From contig RCNO01000001.1 of NCBI GenBank assembly GCA_003731685.1, positions 53,342 through 117,341 on the forward strand: a stretch of 64,000 nt of DNA, in the 5' to 3' direction. Numbering within the stretch: the stretch's first letter is position 1; every line of letters starts with the position of its first letter. The position numbers and the translations under genes are program-made. The notes beneath the pieces were generated by a model, which was given only the letters and a program-made list of their open reading frames with translations, was not told the origin of the DNA and searched no databases. Positions 1 through 10,077 of this stretch are shown one piece after another. Source of the DNA: Bacteroidetes/Chlorobi group bacterium MS-B_bin-24. GTDB lineage: Bacteria; Bacteroidota; Ignavibacteria; Kapaibacteriales; UBA2268.

Positions 1-294
1 AAGTTACTGTTAAAAACGAATGGAGAAAGTCATACAACAATATCGTCTCGAACTGGCGACAAAGCGCCTATATGTTATGGTTCAACAAAGTCAAAGAAAG
101 CGCAGAAATAAAAGACTACCGATATAAATTCTATCGCGACTTTTAACTTTGTTTATGAAACTTTTGATAATGAAAAATAACGAAACTAAAAGGGAATTTA
201 TAAGCATATTTAAAAGTGAACAAAATATTCTGTTTTTGAGCATCAAAAATGGCAAAGAAGTTTGAAAATTTGTTTCAATTAATTTGTTAATCCT

Positions 295-1113
295 ATGGAA
301 TATGCAACAAATCAATATGCTCTGATTTTAGGTGTTTCGAGTGGCTTCGGTAAAGCCACTGCTATTGAACTTGCCAAATTAGGCTATAATATTTACGGTG
401 TACATTTAGATTTTGGCTCTAATAAAGAGAAAGCCGAAGAATTTTGTAGATACTTGCAAAACACAGGAGTAAGGGCCCGATTTTTCAATGCAAACGCTGC
501 CGACGACCAAAAACGCGCTGAAATTATCCAAGCCATTAAAGAAGACTTTAAGAATTACGAAGACCCACAGCTTCGAGTGTTCCTTCATTCGCTTGCATTC
601 GGTGCAATAAAGAAGTTCTTTTCGGAAAATCCCGAAGAAATGGCAACCAAAAAGCAAATTGAAATGACTATGGACGTGATGGCAAACAGTTTGATTTATT
701 GGGTTCAAGATTTGTTCAAAGAAAAATTGCTTGGACGGAACGCTCGAATATTTGCAATGACAAGCATAGGTTCGCAGCGTGCAATGATGAACTACGGAGC
801 AATTTCAGCCGCAAAAGCTGCGCTCGAAGCATATATCCGTCAAATTGCTGTCGAACTTGCCCCTTATCGTGTTACGGCAAATGCGATAATGGCAGGCTTA
901 ACCGATACCCCTGCGGCGCAAAAAATTCCCGGCTTCAAGCGTATGCTTGAATATGCACGCGAACACAATCCTTTCAATCGTAACACGGTTCCCGAAGATG
1001 TTGCAAAAGTTATTGCAAAACTTGCCGACGAAAACTTTTACTGGATTAATGGTCAAACTATTGCTGTCGATGGTGGCGAAAGCATCCTTAATTTTATCGA
1101 GCATCCAAGTTAA
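295..1113 (+). CDS. SDR-family oxidoreductase, enoyl-[ACP] reductase-like (FabI/FabL family)
   Basis: 272 aa. N-terminal Rossmann motif LILGVSSGFGKA. Y-x6-K catalytic spacing (YGAISAAK) as in FabI/FabL. Sits directly upstream of an acyl-CoA dehydrogenase. Confidence 0.5.
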   Translation: MEYATNQYALILGVSSGFGKATAIELAKLGYNIYGVHLDFGSNKEKAEEFCRYLQNTGVRARFFNANAADDQKRAEIIQAIKEDFKNYEDPQLRVFLHSLAFGAIKKFFSENPEEMATKKQIEMTMDVMANSLIYWVQDLFKEKLLGRNARIFAMTSIGSQRAMMNYGAISAAKAALEAYIRQIAVELAPYRVTANAIMAGLTDTPAAQKIPGFKRMLEYAREHNPFNRNTVPEDVAKVIAKLADENFYWINGQTIAVDGGESILNFIEHPS

Positions 1114-1141
1114 AGCAAGTTAAAACATAAAAGGAGCTTTT

Positions 1142-2287
1142 ATGATTGAATTTACTTTTTCAGAAGAACAAAATATGCTTCGCGAAATGGTTCGCGACTT
1201 TGCAAACAACGAACTTAAGCCAATTGCAAGCAAAATTGATGAGGAAGAAGAAATTCCAGACCACATCATTCGTAAAGTTGCCGAATTGGGCATTCTTGGT
1301 GCACCATATCCACCAGTATATGGTGGTTCTGGTGTTGGTGAAATTGGATGTTGCATTATCCAAGAAGAAATAGCAAGGGCTTGCCTTTCTACTGCTACAT
1401 TTATTGGAGCCCATGTCTCTATTGGAACTAATGCAATTTACATTGGTGGTACGGAAGAACAAAAGCAAAAGTGGTTGCCGCAATTAACTTCCGGCGAAAA
1501 GATTGCTGCATTTGCTTTAACCGAACCAAATGCTGGCTCCGATGCATTCAATTTGCAAACAAAAGCTCATCTTGATGGAAACGAATGGGTAATAAATGGT
1601 CAGAAATTATGGATTACTAATGGACCATTTGCCGATGTTTTCTCTGTTTTTGCTCGAACCAATCTTGGAATCTCCCTTTTCGTTGTTGAAAAAGGAACTC
1701 CCGGCTTCACTCCTGGTCCTCCCGAAAAAAAGATGGGACTAAGAGGAAGCAAAACTTCTGCCCTAACATTCGATAATGTCCGTGTTCCGAAAGAAAACCT
1801 AATTGGACGCGAGGGCAAAGCATTCATAACTGCAATGAAAACGCTCGATGCAGGACGATTAGGTTTAGGTGCTGCTTGCTTGGGAGCCTGCAAAGAGCTT
1901 CTGGAAATGAGTACTCGATATGCAAAAGAACGTAAGCAATTTGGAGAACCAATTGCCAATTTCGAGGCGGTCCAGTTTATGCTTGCCGAAATGGCAGCGT
2001 TGATATACGAAACCGAAAGTATTGTTTACCGAACTGCTTGGCTTTATGACCGTGGAGAATGCACGCCCCGACTTTCTGCCATCGTGAAATTGGTCAGTTC
2101 AAATGCTTTGGATGTTTGCGTCGACCACGCAATGCAAATACACGGCGGTATGGGTTATTCCCGTGAACTCCCAATAGAAAGATTTTATCGCGACTCCCGA
2201 ATTAACAGAATTTTCGAAGGAACTTCTGAAATTCAAAAATTAGTTATTGCTCGTGACGTCATTAAAAGGAATGGTGTTTGGGACTAA
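1142..2287 (+). CDS. acyl-CoA dehydrogenase
   Basis: 381 aa. Typical ACAD architecture and motifs (GAPYPPVYGG, AFALTEPNAGSD, C-terminal QIHGGMGY...RIFEGTSEIQ). Confidence 0.85.
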   Translation: MIEFTFSEEQNMLREMVRDFANNELKPIASKIDEEEEIPDHIIRKVAELGILGAPYPPVYGGSGVGEIGCCIIQEEIARACLSTATFIGAHVSIGTNAIYIGGTEEQKQKWLPQLTSGEKIAAFALTEPNAGSDAFNLQTKAHLDGNEWVINGQKLWITNGPFADVFSVFARTNLGISLFVVEKGTPGFTPGPPEKKMGLRGSKTSALTFDNVRVPKENLIGREGKAFITAMKTLDAGRLGLGAACLGACKELLEMSTRYAKERKQFGEPIANFEAVQFMLAEMAALIYETESIVYRTAWLYDRGECTPRLSAIVKLVSSNALDVCVDHAMQIHGGMGYSRELPIERFYRDSRINRIFEGTSEIQKLVIARDVIKRNGVWD

Positions 2288-2290
2288 AAA

Positions 2291-2860
2291 ATGATTACAA
2301 GAGGTGTACTTGTAACATTTCTGTCCATTTGTATTGGAGTTACATTCCTTTTGGCTCAACCAAATGAAGAATTTTTCCAAGAGTATTATACATTAAATCC
2401 CAAACACGAAAAGTTAACACAATTTCAAGGCAAGTGGAAAGTCGCTATTGAATTCCATACCAAAGAAGGCACCGAATATGCCCAAGGCTTTTCCACTTGC
2501 AACCTAATATTAAACTACCGTATACTCGAATTAAAAGACTCTATTTTCTCTTCTGCCGGGTTACCCTATGAATCTCGCACTTACATTGGTTACGATGGTA
2601 TTAGAAAAAAATACTTCTTAGTATCATTTAATAGTTTAACAAATGCTGTTGTAATACTGAATGGAACATATTTTGAAAAGCAAAATCAATTTGTCTTCGA
2701 AGGAAAAACCGACGACCCCAAAACAAAGGAAAGCATCAATACCGTTCTGAAAATTACTTGGGAACGAGAAAATAAGTTTTGGATTGAGTATCTTTACAAA
2801 CAAAAAAACAAAGAGGTATTAATTTCGAAGTCGATGTATGTTAAACTTCCACAAGAGTAG
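2291..2860 (+). CDS. hypothetical secreted protein (signal peptide; lipocalin/DUF1579-like?)
   Basis: 189 aa. Hydrophobic N-terminus. Start overlaps the acyl-CoA dehydrogenase stop. No recognisable catalytic motif. Confidence 0.35.
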   Translation: MITRGVLVTFLSICIGVTFLLAQPNEEFFQEYYTLNPKHEKLTQFQGKWKVAIEFHTKEGTEYAQGFSTCNLILNYRILELKDSIFSSAGLPYESRTYIGYDGIRKKYFLVSFNSLTNAVVILNGTYFEKQNQFVFEGKTDDPKTKESINTVLKITWERENKFWIEYLYKQKNKEVLISKSMYVKLPQE

Positions 2861-2865
2861 GAAAA

Positions 2866-3069
2866 GTGGAATGCAAAAAAGAAACAAATTTATCCAAATG
2901 TAACTGCACTTATGAGCCTTGTCCGCGCAAAGGAATGTGTTGTGATTGCCTCCGTTATCATCTGCGTAATCGGGAACTTCCCGCCTGCTTCTTCCCCAAA
3001 GAAGCAGAAAGAACTTACGATAGAAGTTTTGAGTTCTTTGTTTCCCTTTATCGGCAAGGTAAAATATGA
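2866..3069 (+). CDS. small cysteine-rich protein (C-x-C-x4-C-x6-CC-x-C pattern), probable metal-binding
   Basis: 67 aa with 7 Cys (CNCTYEPCPRKGMCCDC). Stop overlaps the yjbQ start (ATGA). Confidence 0.4.
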   Translation: MECKKETNLSKCNCTYEPCPRKGMCCDCLRYHLRNRELPACFFPKEAERTYDRSFEFFVSLYRQGKI

Positions 3070-3473
3070 TTCAAAAAATCATAACCTTGAAAACTGACAA
3101 GCATAATGGACTTTATGATATCACCGAAGAAGTGAGAAGAATTGTCAATCAGTCAGGTTACAAAACAGGAATGGTCAATGTTTACGCTCGAGGTTCCACC
3201 TGTGCCATTATGATTCAGGAAAACTGGGACGAATCCGTCCAAACCGATGTTATTAACCTCTTAAAGAAATTAATCCCAAGCGGTGTTTGGCAACACGACC
3301 TTCAAGATAACAATGGTGATGCTCATTTAAAATCGGGTCTTATCGGTCCAAGCGAAACAATCCCAATAATGAACGGGAACCTTGGTCTATCGACTTGGCA
3401 AAATATTTTCTTTTGCGAATTCGACGGACCAAGGTCCCGCCGTGAAATTTTGATAACCATCTTTGGAGAATAA
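3066..3473 (+). CDS. yjbQ: YjbQ/UPF0047 family protein (secondary thiamine-phosphate synthase-like)
   Basis: 135 aa. Conserved UPF0047 blocks (AHLKSGLIGPSETIPI, LGTWQ, EFDGPR.R). Confidence 0.7.
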   Translation: MIQKIITLKTDKHNGLYDITEEVRRIVNQSGYKTGMVNVYARGSTCAIMIQENWDESVQTDVINLLKKLIPSGVWQHDLQDNNGDAHLKSGLIGPSETIPIMNGNLGLSTWQNIFFCEFDGPRSRREILITIFGE

Positions 3474-3474
3474 A

Positions 3475-4806
3475 TTAATCGAGCAACTTCCTAATTGCTG
3501 TTGGATTATCATCTTTTGAGATGAATCTTGTTTCTCTAAAATTATCCTCTTCTTCGAACTTTGTATTTATATCTATATAATATGGCTTCTTAACAGCATC
3601 TCTTTCCTCTGTTATTATTTCTTCTTTACCATTTGAAAAATTTCTGCGAAGATAAGCAGGAATTGTTAAATCGTTTCTATTTATTTCTGGAACCACCGTT
3701 GGAGTTGCTTTATAGTTCATTAAAGTTTCTTGTGGTTCTCTTTTCTTTGTCGATGTTGGAAGCGAAACAAATTCTTCAACTTCATTTTTGAATCTTCCAT
3801 TCTTTCCATCCTTGCCTTTCTTGCTTTCAAAATATTCTTGCAAGAAAGAATTGGTAAAGCCTGTTACAACAACAGTTACAGAAACCGAGGAACCCATTGT
3901 GCTATCTTCGACCAAACCGTGTATAATATTCAAATTGGGATTTGTTGCCTCGCGAATCTTATTCAGAATTTGGTCAACTTCGTAATGATAGAAATCATCT
4001 CCAAAAGTAATATTGACAAGGGCACTTTGAGCATTTCTCAAATCAATCCCTTCGAGCAAAGGTGAATTCAAAGCGGACTCGACAGCCATTATTGCTCTCT
4101 GGTCTCCTTCGCCAATACCCTTTCCAATCAATGCATCACCCTTGCCGAGAATCACAGTTTTTACATCTGCAAAATCCACATTGATAATCCCAACGCTATT
4201 TATTAAGTCTATGATTCCCTTGGTTGCATCGTAAACAACTTTATCTGCCTGTTCAAAAGCCTTACGAACAGAAAGGTTCTGTTCACGGGATATTTTGGAA
4301 AGCTTATCATTCGACACAATAATTAAGCCATCAACATTTTTTCGGAGATTTTCGAGCCCTTTGTAAGCATTTTCCCAGCGCTCCGAGCCCTCGTTTGCCA
4401 AAGGAGTTACAACAATTGCAACCACAAGAGAACCGTTTTCCTTTGCAGCTTTTGCAACGATTGGAGCAGCTCCTGTGCCAGTTCCACCGCCCATCCCAGC
4501 AGTGATAAACACCATATCTTTGTTTTTCAAAGCATCGATTATTGCCTGGTAATCTTCTTCGGCGGCTTGCTTCCCAATTTCTGGATTTGAACCAGCGCCT
4601 TGCCCGCGTGTCTTCGATTTCCCGATAGGCAGCTTCACAGGAGCGGGATTTTCCCGCAGTTGCTTTGCATCCGTGTTGATTGCGATTAGGTCGACATCGT
4701 CGATTCCAAAATTGATGAGATTTTTAATCGCATTGCAACCAGCGCCGCCGACCCCAACGACGGCTATTCTGGTTATTTCTTCATTTGTGTTGTCAAGTTC
4801 TATCAT
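3475..4806 (-). CDS. ftsZ: cell division GTPase FtsZ
   Basis: Tubulin signature GGGTGTG and the N-terminal GVGGAGCNA motif. ORF track starts at 4854 (TTG); I prefer the ATG at 4806 (MIELD), which is preceded by a G8 RBS and leaves an 11-bp gap after the ftsA stop. Confidence 0.9.
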   Translation of the reverse strand: MIELDNTNEEITRIAVVGVGGAGCNAIKNLINFGIDDVDLIAINTDAKQLRENPAPVKLPIGKSKTRGQGAGSNPEIGKQAAEEDYQAIIDALKNKDMVFITAGMGGGTGTGAAPIVAKAAKENGSLVVAIVVTPLANEGSERWENAYKGLENLRKNVDGLIIVSNDKLSKISREQNLSVRKAFEQADKVVYDATKGIIDLINSVGIINVDFADVKTVILGKGDALIGKGIGEGDQRAIMAVESALNSPLLEGIDLRNAQSALVNITFGDDFYHYEVDQILNKIREATNPNLNIIHGLVEDSTMGSSVSVTVVVTGFTNSFLQEYFESKKGKDGKNGRFKNEVEEFVSLPTSTKKREPQETLMNYKATPTVVPEINRNDLTIPAYLRRNFSNGKEEIITEERDAVKKPYYIDINTKFEEEDNFRETRFISKDDNPTAIRKLLD

Positions 4807-4817
4807 AGTTCCCCCCC

Positions 4818-6110
4818 CTATAATTTTTTGAAAAAATTTATTACCATATCCCAAAATTTTCCTTTTTTAGCATTACCATCTTCGGTTTGAACAAATTCAA
4901 CTTTCTCTTTCGTAGTGGAATTTTTCAAACCATAAATTGCAAGCCCCACTGCGGTCGAGAAATAGGGCTTGTTGACCTCTTGCGAAAGCCCTTGATAATT
5001 CAAATCCGAGGGAGTTCCTAAACGAACTGGCATTCCAAACACCTGGCTCGCCAAATCTTCAACCCCTTCGATGAGCATACTTCCGCCTGTTAAAACCACA
5101 CCAAGTTCAAGTTTATTAATTAGCCCAGAACTTCGCAAACTCTCCAAAGCAAGGGTAAAAATTTCCTCCATCCGTGGTTGAATGTATCGGCAAATCTGAC
5201 TCCTTGTAAATGTCATCGGCTTTCGACCTTTAATTCCGGGCACTATTATTTGCTTATCTTCTCTTAACATTGGCAAATAGCAATGCCCGTAATTTCTTTT
5301 TACTTCCTCGGCTTGAGCATAAACGACTTTCATAAGTGTTCGCATATCGTCGGTAATATGGCGACCGCCCAAAGGCACACTGGCAAAGTATCTTAAAACA
5401 CCATCAATGAAAATTGCGACCTCGGTCGAAAGTTCACCAACATCGACTAATGCTACACCAGATTCAAACTCCTGTTCATCGAGAACTGCAAGTCCAGTTG
5501 CAATTGGTTCAAGAACAATTTCCCCAAGCTCCAAATTATTTCTTTTCAAACAAAGACTGATATTTTCGACATCCAAAGACGGCACCGAAACAACTTTCGC
5601 AAGAACTTCGAGCTTGCTTCCGCTCATCCCAATGGGATTAATTATCTTCCCAAATGTATTGTTAATAATGTATTCCTGTGGCAAAATATGGATGATTTTA
5701 TAATCCAGTGGTAAATCCGAAGGCTTTGCCTCGGAAAGCACTCTTTGAACATCTTCCTCGTCAATAACACGGTGAGATGAACTAATAGAAACAATTCCAC
5801 GGCTGTCGGTAAATTTCACATTTTGATTTATAATCCCAACATTCACTTTGGAAATTGATACGTTAGATTGAAGCATAGCAGTTTGTATAGCCTCCTCGAT
5901 GTCTTTAACAGTATAATCAATATTATCGATTTTGCCATACCGAGGCTTGCTTCTTCTTTCCTTTATTCCAACTCCCAAAATTGTTGGAGCATGGTCTTTT
6001 TGACTTTGAGCAAGTACAACAGCACAAACTTTCCAGCTTCCTATGTCCAGCCCAACGCTGACTTTTTCTATGTCTTTGCCAAGTTCACTTGTTTTGCTTT
6101 TCTTTTCCAT
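4818..6110 (-). CDS. ftsA: cell division protein FtsA (actin-like ATPase)
   Basis: 430 aa. N-terminal VGLDIGS motif, actin fold, position between ftsQ and ftsZ. Confidence 0.85.
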   Translation of the reverse strand: MEKKSKTSELGKDIEKVSVGLDIGSWKVCAVVLAQSQKDHAPTILGVGIKERRSKPRYGKIDNIDYTVKDIEEAIQTAMLQSNVSISKVNVGIINQNVKFTDSRGIVSISSSHRVIDEEDVQRVLSEAKPSDLPLDYKIIHILPQEYIINNTFGKIINPIGMSGSKLEVLAKVVSVPSLDVENISLCLKRNNLELGEIVLEPIATGLAVLDEQEFESGVALVDVGELSTEVAIFIDGVLRYFASVPLGGRHITDDMRTLMKVVYAQAEEVKRNYGHCYLPMLREDKQIIVPGIKGRKPMTFTRSQICRYIQPRMEEIFTLALESLRSSGLINKLELGVVLTGGSMLIEGVEDLASQVFGMPVRLGTPSDLNYQGLSQEVNKPYFSTAVGLAIYGLKNSTTKEKVEFVQTEDGNAKKGKFWDMVINFFKKL

Positions 6111-6114
6111 TTAT

Positions 6115-6897
6115 CTATCTAACCACCAAAAAGCCATCAAAACGAAAATCGAGTTCCTTTTTCAGAAAAGGCAAAAAATCTTTCCTTGCCAAAAGCCTTT
6201 CGACATACAGTGCATTTTCTGGAAAATTTCTTCTCATCATTTTTACTTCTGTTCTCGAAGAGTTTGTGAAAAAAGTTATTTCTTCCCCATTAATACGAAC
6301 TTCGGAAATGTTACGATAAAATTTCGGAAAATTTCGCTTTATTTGAGCCATAATTTTTACTATGTCTTTTATTTCTGTTGGAAAATTCTTTTGCTCAAAT
6401 TGGCTCGAGCAATAAAATCGCGGGAAACTTACGAATGCATACTTATTCTCAATCTTGTTCAAATTTGAATCAAGAAGCCATACTATTCCATCTTTTTCTG
6501 CAACTTCTATTATTGGTTCTTTTTCCTTTACTTCAATGACTATTTTTTCGGGGTCTATACGATAAATTTTTACATCTTGAACGAAATCCAGATTTGACAA
6601 GGCTTTGGAAAGGTTGATCTCATTAATATTTTCAGGTCTCTGGTTCTTTAGGATGCTATCGATAAACCCTTTTTTGAAATATTTTAGCCCAACAATTTCA
6701 TAAGATTTTATAGGCTTTTGTTTGAACCAACTTAACGAGAAGATAATTAAAGAAGAAATAATTATTAAAATAATAAAAAGATAAACAATCGAACGATTGT
6801 TAAGTTCTTTAAATTCCAATACCTTGCTTCTTTCCCCAGCCATCATAAATATACCTAACCCCCAAAAGGTTAGTTGAATTACCCCATTATGCTGCAA
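6115..6897 (-). CDS. ftsQ: cell division protein FtsQ/DivIB (single TM + POTRA)
   Basis: 260 aa, one N-terminal TM helix, lies immediately upstream of ftsA. Weak sequence signal, so the call rests on synteny. Confidence 0.55.
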   Translation of the reverse strand: MQHNGVIQLTFWGLGIFMMAGERSKVLEFKELNNRSIVYLFIILIIISSLIIFSLSWFKQKPIKSYEIVGLKYFKKGFIDSILKNQRPENINEINLSKALSNLDFVQDVKIYRIDPEKIVIEVKEKEPIIEVAEKDGIVWLLDSNLNKIENKYAFVSFPRFYCSSQFEQKNFPTEIKDIVKIMAQIKRNFPKFYRNISEVRINGEEITFFTNSSRTEVKMMRRNFPENALYVERLLARKDFLPFLKKELDFRFDGFLVVR

Positions 6898-7003
6898 TTC
6901 AAATTTAAGTCAAAAATTTTCAATTTCCAAATACTTTTTCAAAAAAATTTATAAAGCTTGTTTTTCTTAATTTTGTTTTTTGTTTAACAATATTTAATTG
7001 AAA

Positions 7004-8710
7004 ATGTTTAAGTCATTTTTCTCGGTAGTACTTGCATTAGGAATTTTGCTCCTTGTTGCTTGTTCAAAAGAAAAATTTAATAGTGAGGAGGCACGCAAAA
7101 TGGAACAAGAATATGAAAAACTAATCGCCGATTACGAAGCACTGATGAAACCTGCCTACAAGGATATGTCTCTGCAATACTTCATCGCTGCAACCAATAG
7201 CACCCCTGAAAATTGGGAACTCTATGCCCAAAAGGAAATGCTCGTCAACAAAATCCTATCGGACAAACAGCTGTTCGAGCGATTCAAAAAAATTAAAGAA
7301 TCGAATTTAATCCAAGACCCAATTAAAAGAAGAAGAATCGAGGTCCTTTATCTCACCTTCCTTGGCAAACAAGTCGATACTGCAAAGCTAAATCAAATTA
7401 CCAAGCTACAAAGCGAAATCGAAAACAAGTATTCCACATTTCGTGCAGAATATCGCGGCAAAAAACTTTCCGATAATGATGTCGAAGAAATTTTGAAAAC
7501 TTCCACCAACAACAAAGAGCTCCAAGAGGTCTGGGAAGCACAGAAGAAAATCGGAAGAGTTGTAGCATCCGATATCATTAAATTAGTGAAGATGCGCAAC
7601 GAAATCGCTCGTGAGTTAGGTTTCAAGAATTACCACGAGATGAGCCTAAAACTTAGCGAACAAGACCCAGCCGAAATCGAAAAGCTTTTCGATGAACTCG
7701 ACAATCTTACTCGAAATGCATTTGCCACCGAAAAATCCAAAATGGACGAGATACTTGCTAAAAGATACAACATCAAAAAAGAAGATTTGATGCCTTGGCA
7801 CTATCAGAATCGATTCTTCCAAGAAGCACCCAAAATCTACGATGTCGATTTAGACCAATATTACAAAAATAAAGATATAGTGCAATTGGCAAAAGACTAT
7901 TACTTATCAATTGGATTGCCTATCGACGATATTGTTGCCCGAAGTGATTTGTTCGAAAGAGAGAACAAAAACCAACATGCATTTTGCATAAATATTGACC
8001 GCGACGCAAAGGATATTCGTGTTCTATGCAATATTAAACCAAATGCCCGTTGGATGGAAACTATGCTCCACGAGAATGGGCACGCTCTTTACGAAAAATA
8101 TCTCGACGAGAAACTTCCTTGGGATTTAAAAACACCAGCCCATATCTTCACAACCGAAGCAATTGCAATGTTGTTCGGAAGATTTGCTACTAATCCACAA
8201 TGGATAGTGGATATGTTGAAAATTTCAACCGAAGAGGCTAAAAAAATCCAAGAACCTGCCCAAAACACCCTTAGACTTCAGCAAATCGTATTCAGCCGAT
8301 GGTCACAAGTTATGTTCCGCTTCGAGAAAAGCCTTTACGAAAATCCTGACCAAGATTTAAACAAGCTCTGGTGGGATTTAGTCGAAAAATACCAGATGTT
8401 AAAGAAACCAGCAGGACGAAATGAACCCGACTGGGCAACAAAAATTCATATTGCAACAAGCCCTTGCTATTACCACAACTATTTGTTAGGCGAACTCCTT
8501 GCCTCACAACTCCAGAATTACATTATAACCAATATCATCAAAGGTAAGCTCGGACAAGATTACAGCTTTGTTAACAATAAAGAAGTTGGGAAATACCTAA
8601 TCGATAAAGTCTTCTCGGTGGGCGCTAAGTATCAATGGAACGAAATGATAGAAAAAGCCACAGGCGAAAAGCTTACACCAAAATACTACGCAAAACAATT
8701 TTTACAATAA
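7004..8710 (+). CDS. HExxH zinc metallopeptidase lipoprotein (M2/M3-like)
   Basis: Lipoprotein signal (LLLVAC-S). HENGH...E zinc-binding motif. About 570 aa. Track start is TTG at 6998; ATG at 7004. Confidence 0.5.
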   Translation: MFKSFFSVVLALGILLLVACSKEKFNSEEARKMEQEYEKLIADYEALMKPAYKDMSLQYFIAATNSTPENWELYAQKEMLVNKILSDKQLFERFKKIKESNLIQDPIKRRRIEVLYLTFLGKQVDTAKLNQITKLQSEIENKYSTFRAEYRGKKLSDNDVEEILKTSTNNKELQEVWEAQKKIGRVVASDIIKLVKMRNEIARELGFKNYHEMSLKLSEQDPAEIEKLFDELDNLTRNAFATEKSKMDEILAKRYNIKKEDLMPWHYQNRFFQEAPKIYDVDLDQYYKNKDIVQLAKDYYLSIGLPIDDIVARSDLFERENKNQHAFCINIDRDAKDIRVLCNIKPNARWMETMLHENGHALYEKYLDEKLPWDLKTPAHIFTTEAIAMLFGRFATNPQWIVDMLKISTEEAKKIQEPAQNTLRLQQIVFSRWSQVMFRFEKSLYENPDQDLNKLWWDLVEKYQMLKKPAGRNEPDWATKIHIATSPCYYHNYLLGELLASQLQNYIITNIIKGKLGQDYSFVNNKEVGKYLIDKVFSVGAKYQWNEMIEKATGEKLTPKYYAKQFLQ

Positions 8711-8724
8711 GATGAAGAAAACTT

Positions 8725-8753
8725 GGAGCGGGATAAATTCCCGCTCCTTTTGT
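8725..8753 (+). terminator. rho-independent terminator downstream of metallopeptidase gene
   Basis: GGAGCGGGA-taaat-TCCCGCTCC hairpin followed by TTTTGTTCTTT. Confidence 0.6.
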
Positions 8754-8776
8754 TCTTTATTAAATAAAGATGAAAT

Positions 8777-9346
8777 ATGAAAAGATTTCTTATCTTATTG
8801 CTAATGATAGTAAATATCGCAATTGCGAAAGGGGAAAATAACATCTGGAAAGACAATTTAAAAGGCGTTTTTGGAGAGCTTGGATGGAGCGATTTAAAAC
8901 TTACTGCCGGATTAGGCTTTCGATTTTGGAACGTTGGAATTTCTATGGGGCTTACAGGTTTTGCATCGTCCAAGCCTAAATACATTTATCCATCAACTCA
9001 ATACCCTGCCCCAAAGCACGGAGAATATGAGGAAAGTAAATTTACATACGTACTAGTAACAACCGATTTTTACTACTTTTTCGAAATTTTCGATGATTTC
9101 ATCATAACTCCAAGTCTTGGTTTTTATGTCCAACAGGATTCCATCCTTGCCCGCTCGTTGAGGGGGTACACTCCTTTGGGGCAACCTGACCTTGGTCAAC
9201 TTTACTACCTTGGCAAAACGGAAAATAAAGTTGGCGTAAATTTCGGCTTGGGCTTGGATTACTATTTCCTCGACCAATATTTCGTCGGGATTGGATATAA
9301 TTTTCGTCGAGGGATTTTTGTAAGGTTCGCTTACTATTGGTTCTAA
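8777..9346 (+). CDS. small outer-membrane beta-barrel protein (hypothetical)
   Basis: 189 aa. Signal peptide. Alternating aromatic/hydrophobic strands. C-terminal YYWF aromatic terminus typical of OMPs. Confidence 0.4.
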   Translation: MKRFLILLLMIVNIAIAKGENNIWKDNLKGVFGELGWSDLKLTAGLGFRFWNVGISMGLTGFASSKPKYIYPSTQYPAPKHGEYEESKFTYVLVTTDFYYFFEIFDDFIITPSLGFYVQQDSILARSLRGYTPLGQPDLGQLYYLGKTENKVGVNFGLGLDYYFLDQYFVGIGYNFRRGIFVRFAYYWF

Positions 9347-9946
9347 CTACTTATTTAAAATTTGAAGTGCTTGGCGAACAAGGTTCTCTACTGTTAGAGA
9401 GTCGGCGGGTATAGTTCTTATTAAATCTCGGACAATCGTTCTGGTCTTATTTTCAGGAAAGCCTAAAACATTCAATGCGGTAACTGTCTCAATAAAAACA
9501 TTTTCATCTTTTGTTTCGATATGTTCTGCACGTCCCAAACTAATTTTGTTTACTTTTTCCCGAAATTCAAGTAGAATTCTTTCGGCAGTTTTCCTTCCAA
9601 TGCCCGGAAGCTTAATTAATTTGTTTAAATCATTCCTCTTAACGCAATTTACAAACTCATCAACCTCGAAATACGAAAGAATACCCAAGGCAATCCTTGT
9701 TCCAATTCCCGGAATACTTATTAATTCCTTGAATATTTCTTTTTCACCCAAAGACGAAAAACCATAAATCTGGAAAATCTCGTCACGCAACATTACAAAT
9801 GTGTGCAGAGAAACTTCATCCCCAACATCCCCAACTTTTGCCAAAGAATTCAGCGACAATTGAACTTCAAAACCCAATCCATTTGTCTCAATTTCGATGG
9901 AATTTCCAGTTTTCCTGACTACTTTGCCTTTTATAAATGAAAACAT
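9347..9946 (-). CDS. ruvA: Holliday junction DNA helicase subunit RuvA
   Basis: N-terminal OB domain (MFSFIKGKV...), HhH motifs (IPGIGTRIA, LPGIGRKTAERI). Track start 9970; the internal ATG at 9946 fits the canonical RuvA N-terminus. Confidence 0.8.
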   Translation of the reverse strand: MFSFIKGKVVRKTGNSIEIETNGLGFEVQLSLNSLAKVGDVGDEVSLHTFVMLRDEIFQIYGFSSLGEKEIFKELISIPGIGTRIALGILSYFEVDEFVNCVKRNDLNKLIKLPGIGRKTAERILLEFREKVNKISLGRAEHIETKDENVFIETVTALNVLGFPENKTRTIVRDLIRTIPADSLTVENLVRQALQILNK

Positions 9947-10077
9947 ACTCAATTGTAAATTAAATACCAAATTACAAAAAACAAATATGCTAACAGTAAA
10001 TTACAGATTTTAAAAAATCGACCAGTGTAAATAAAAGTTAATAAATTGCATTCTTTATAGAAAAAGAAATTATAATT

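Noticed and set aside
91-315. 74-aa minus-strand ORF upstream of the first gene
   Set aside because: AT-rich intergenic region with a hydrophobic junk translation. It overlaps the start of the SDR gene.
406-1483. Antisense or overlapping ORFs inside the SDR and acyl-CoA dehydrogenase genes (406..708, 699..950, 898..1104, 1120..1356, 1160..1483)
   Set aside because: Embedded in or antisense to strongly conserved genes, low-complexity translations, no motifs. These are typical shadow ORFs. The same applies to the many other short ORFs nested in dnaB, rny, tig, the helicase, hutH and other genes.
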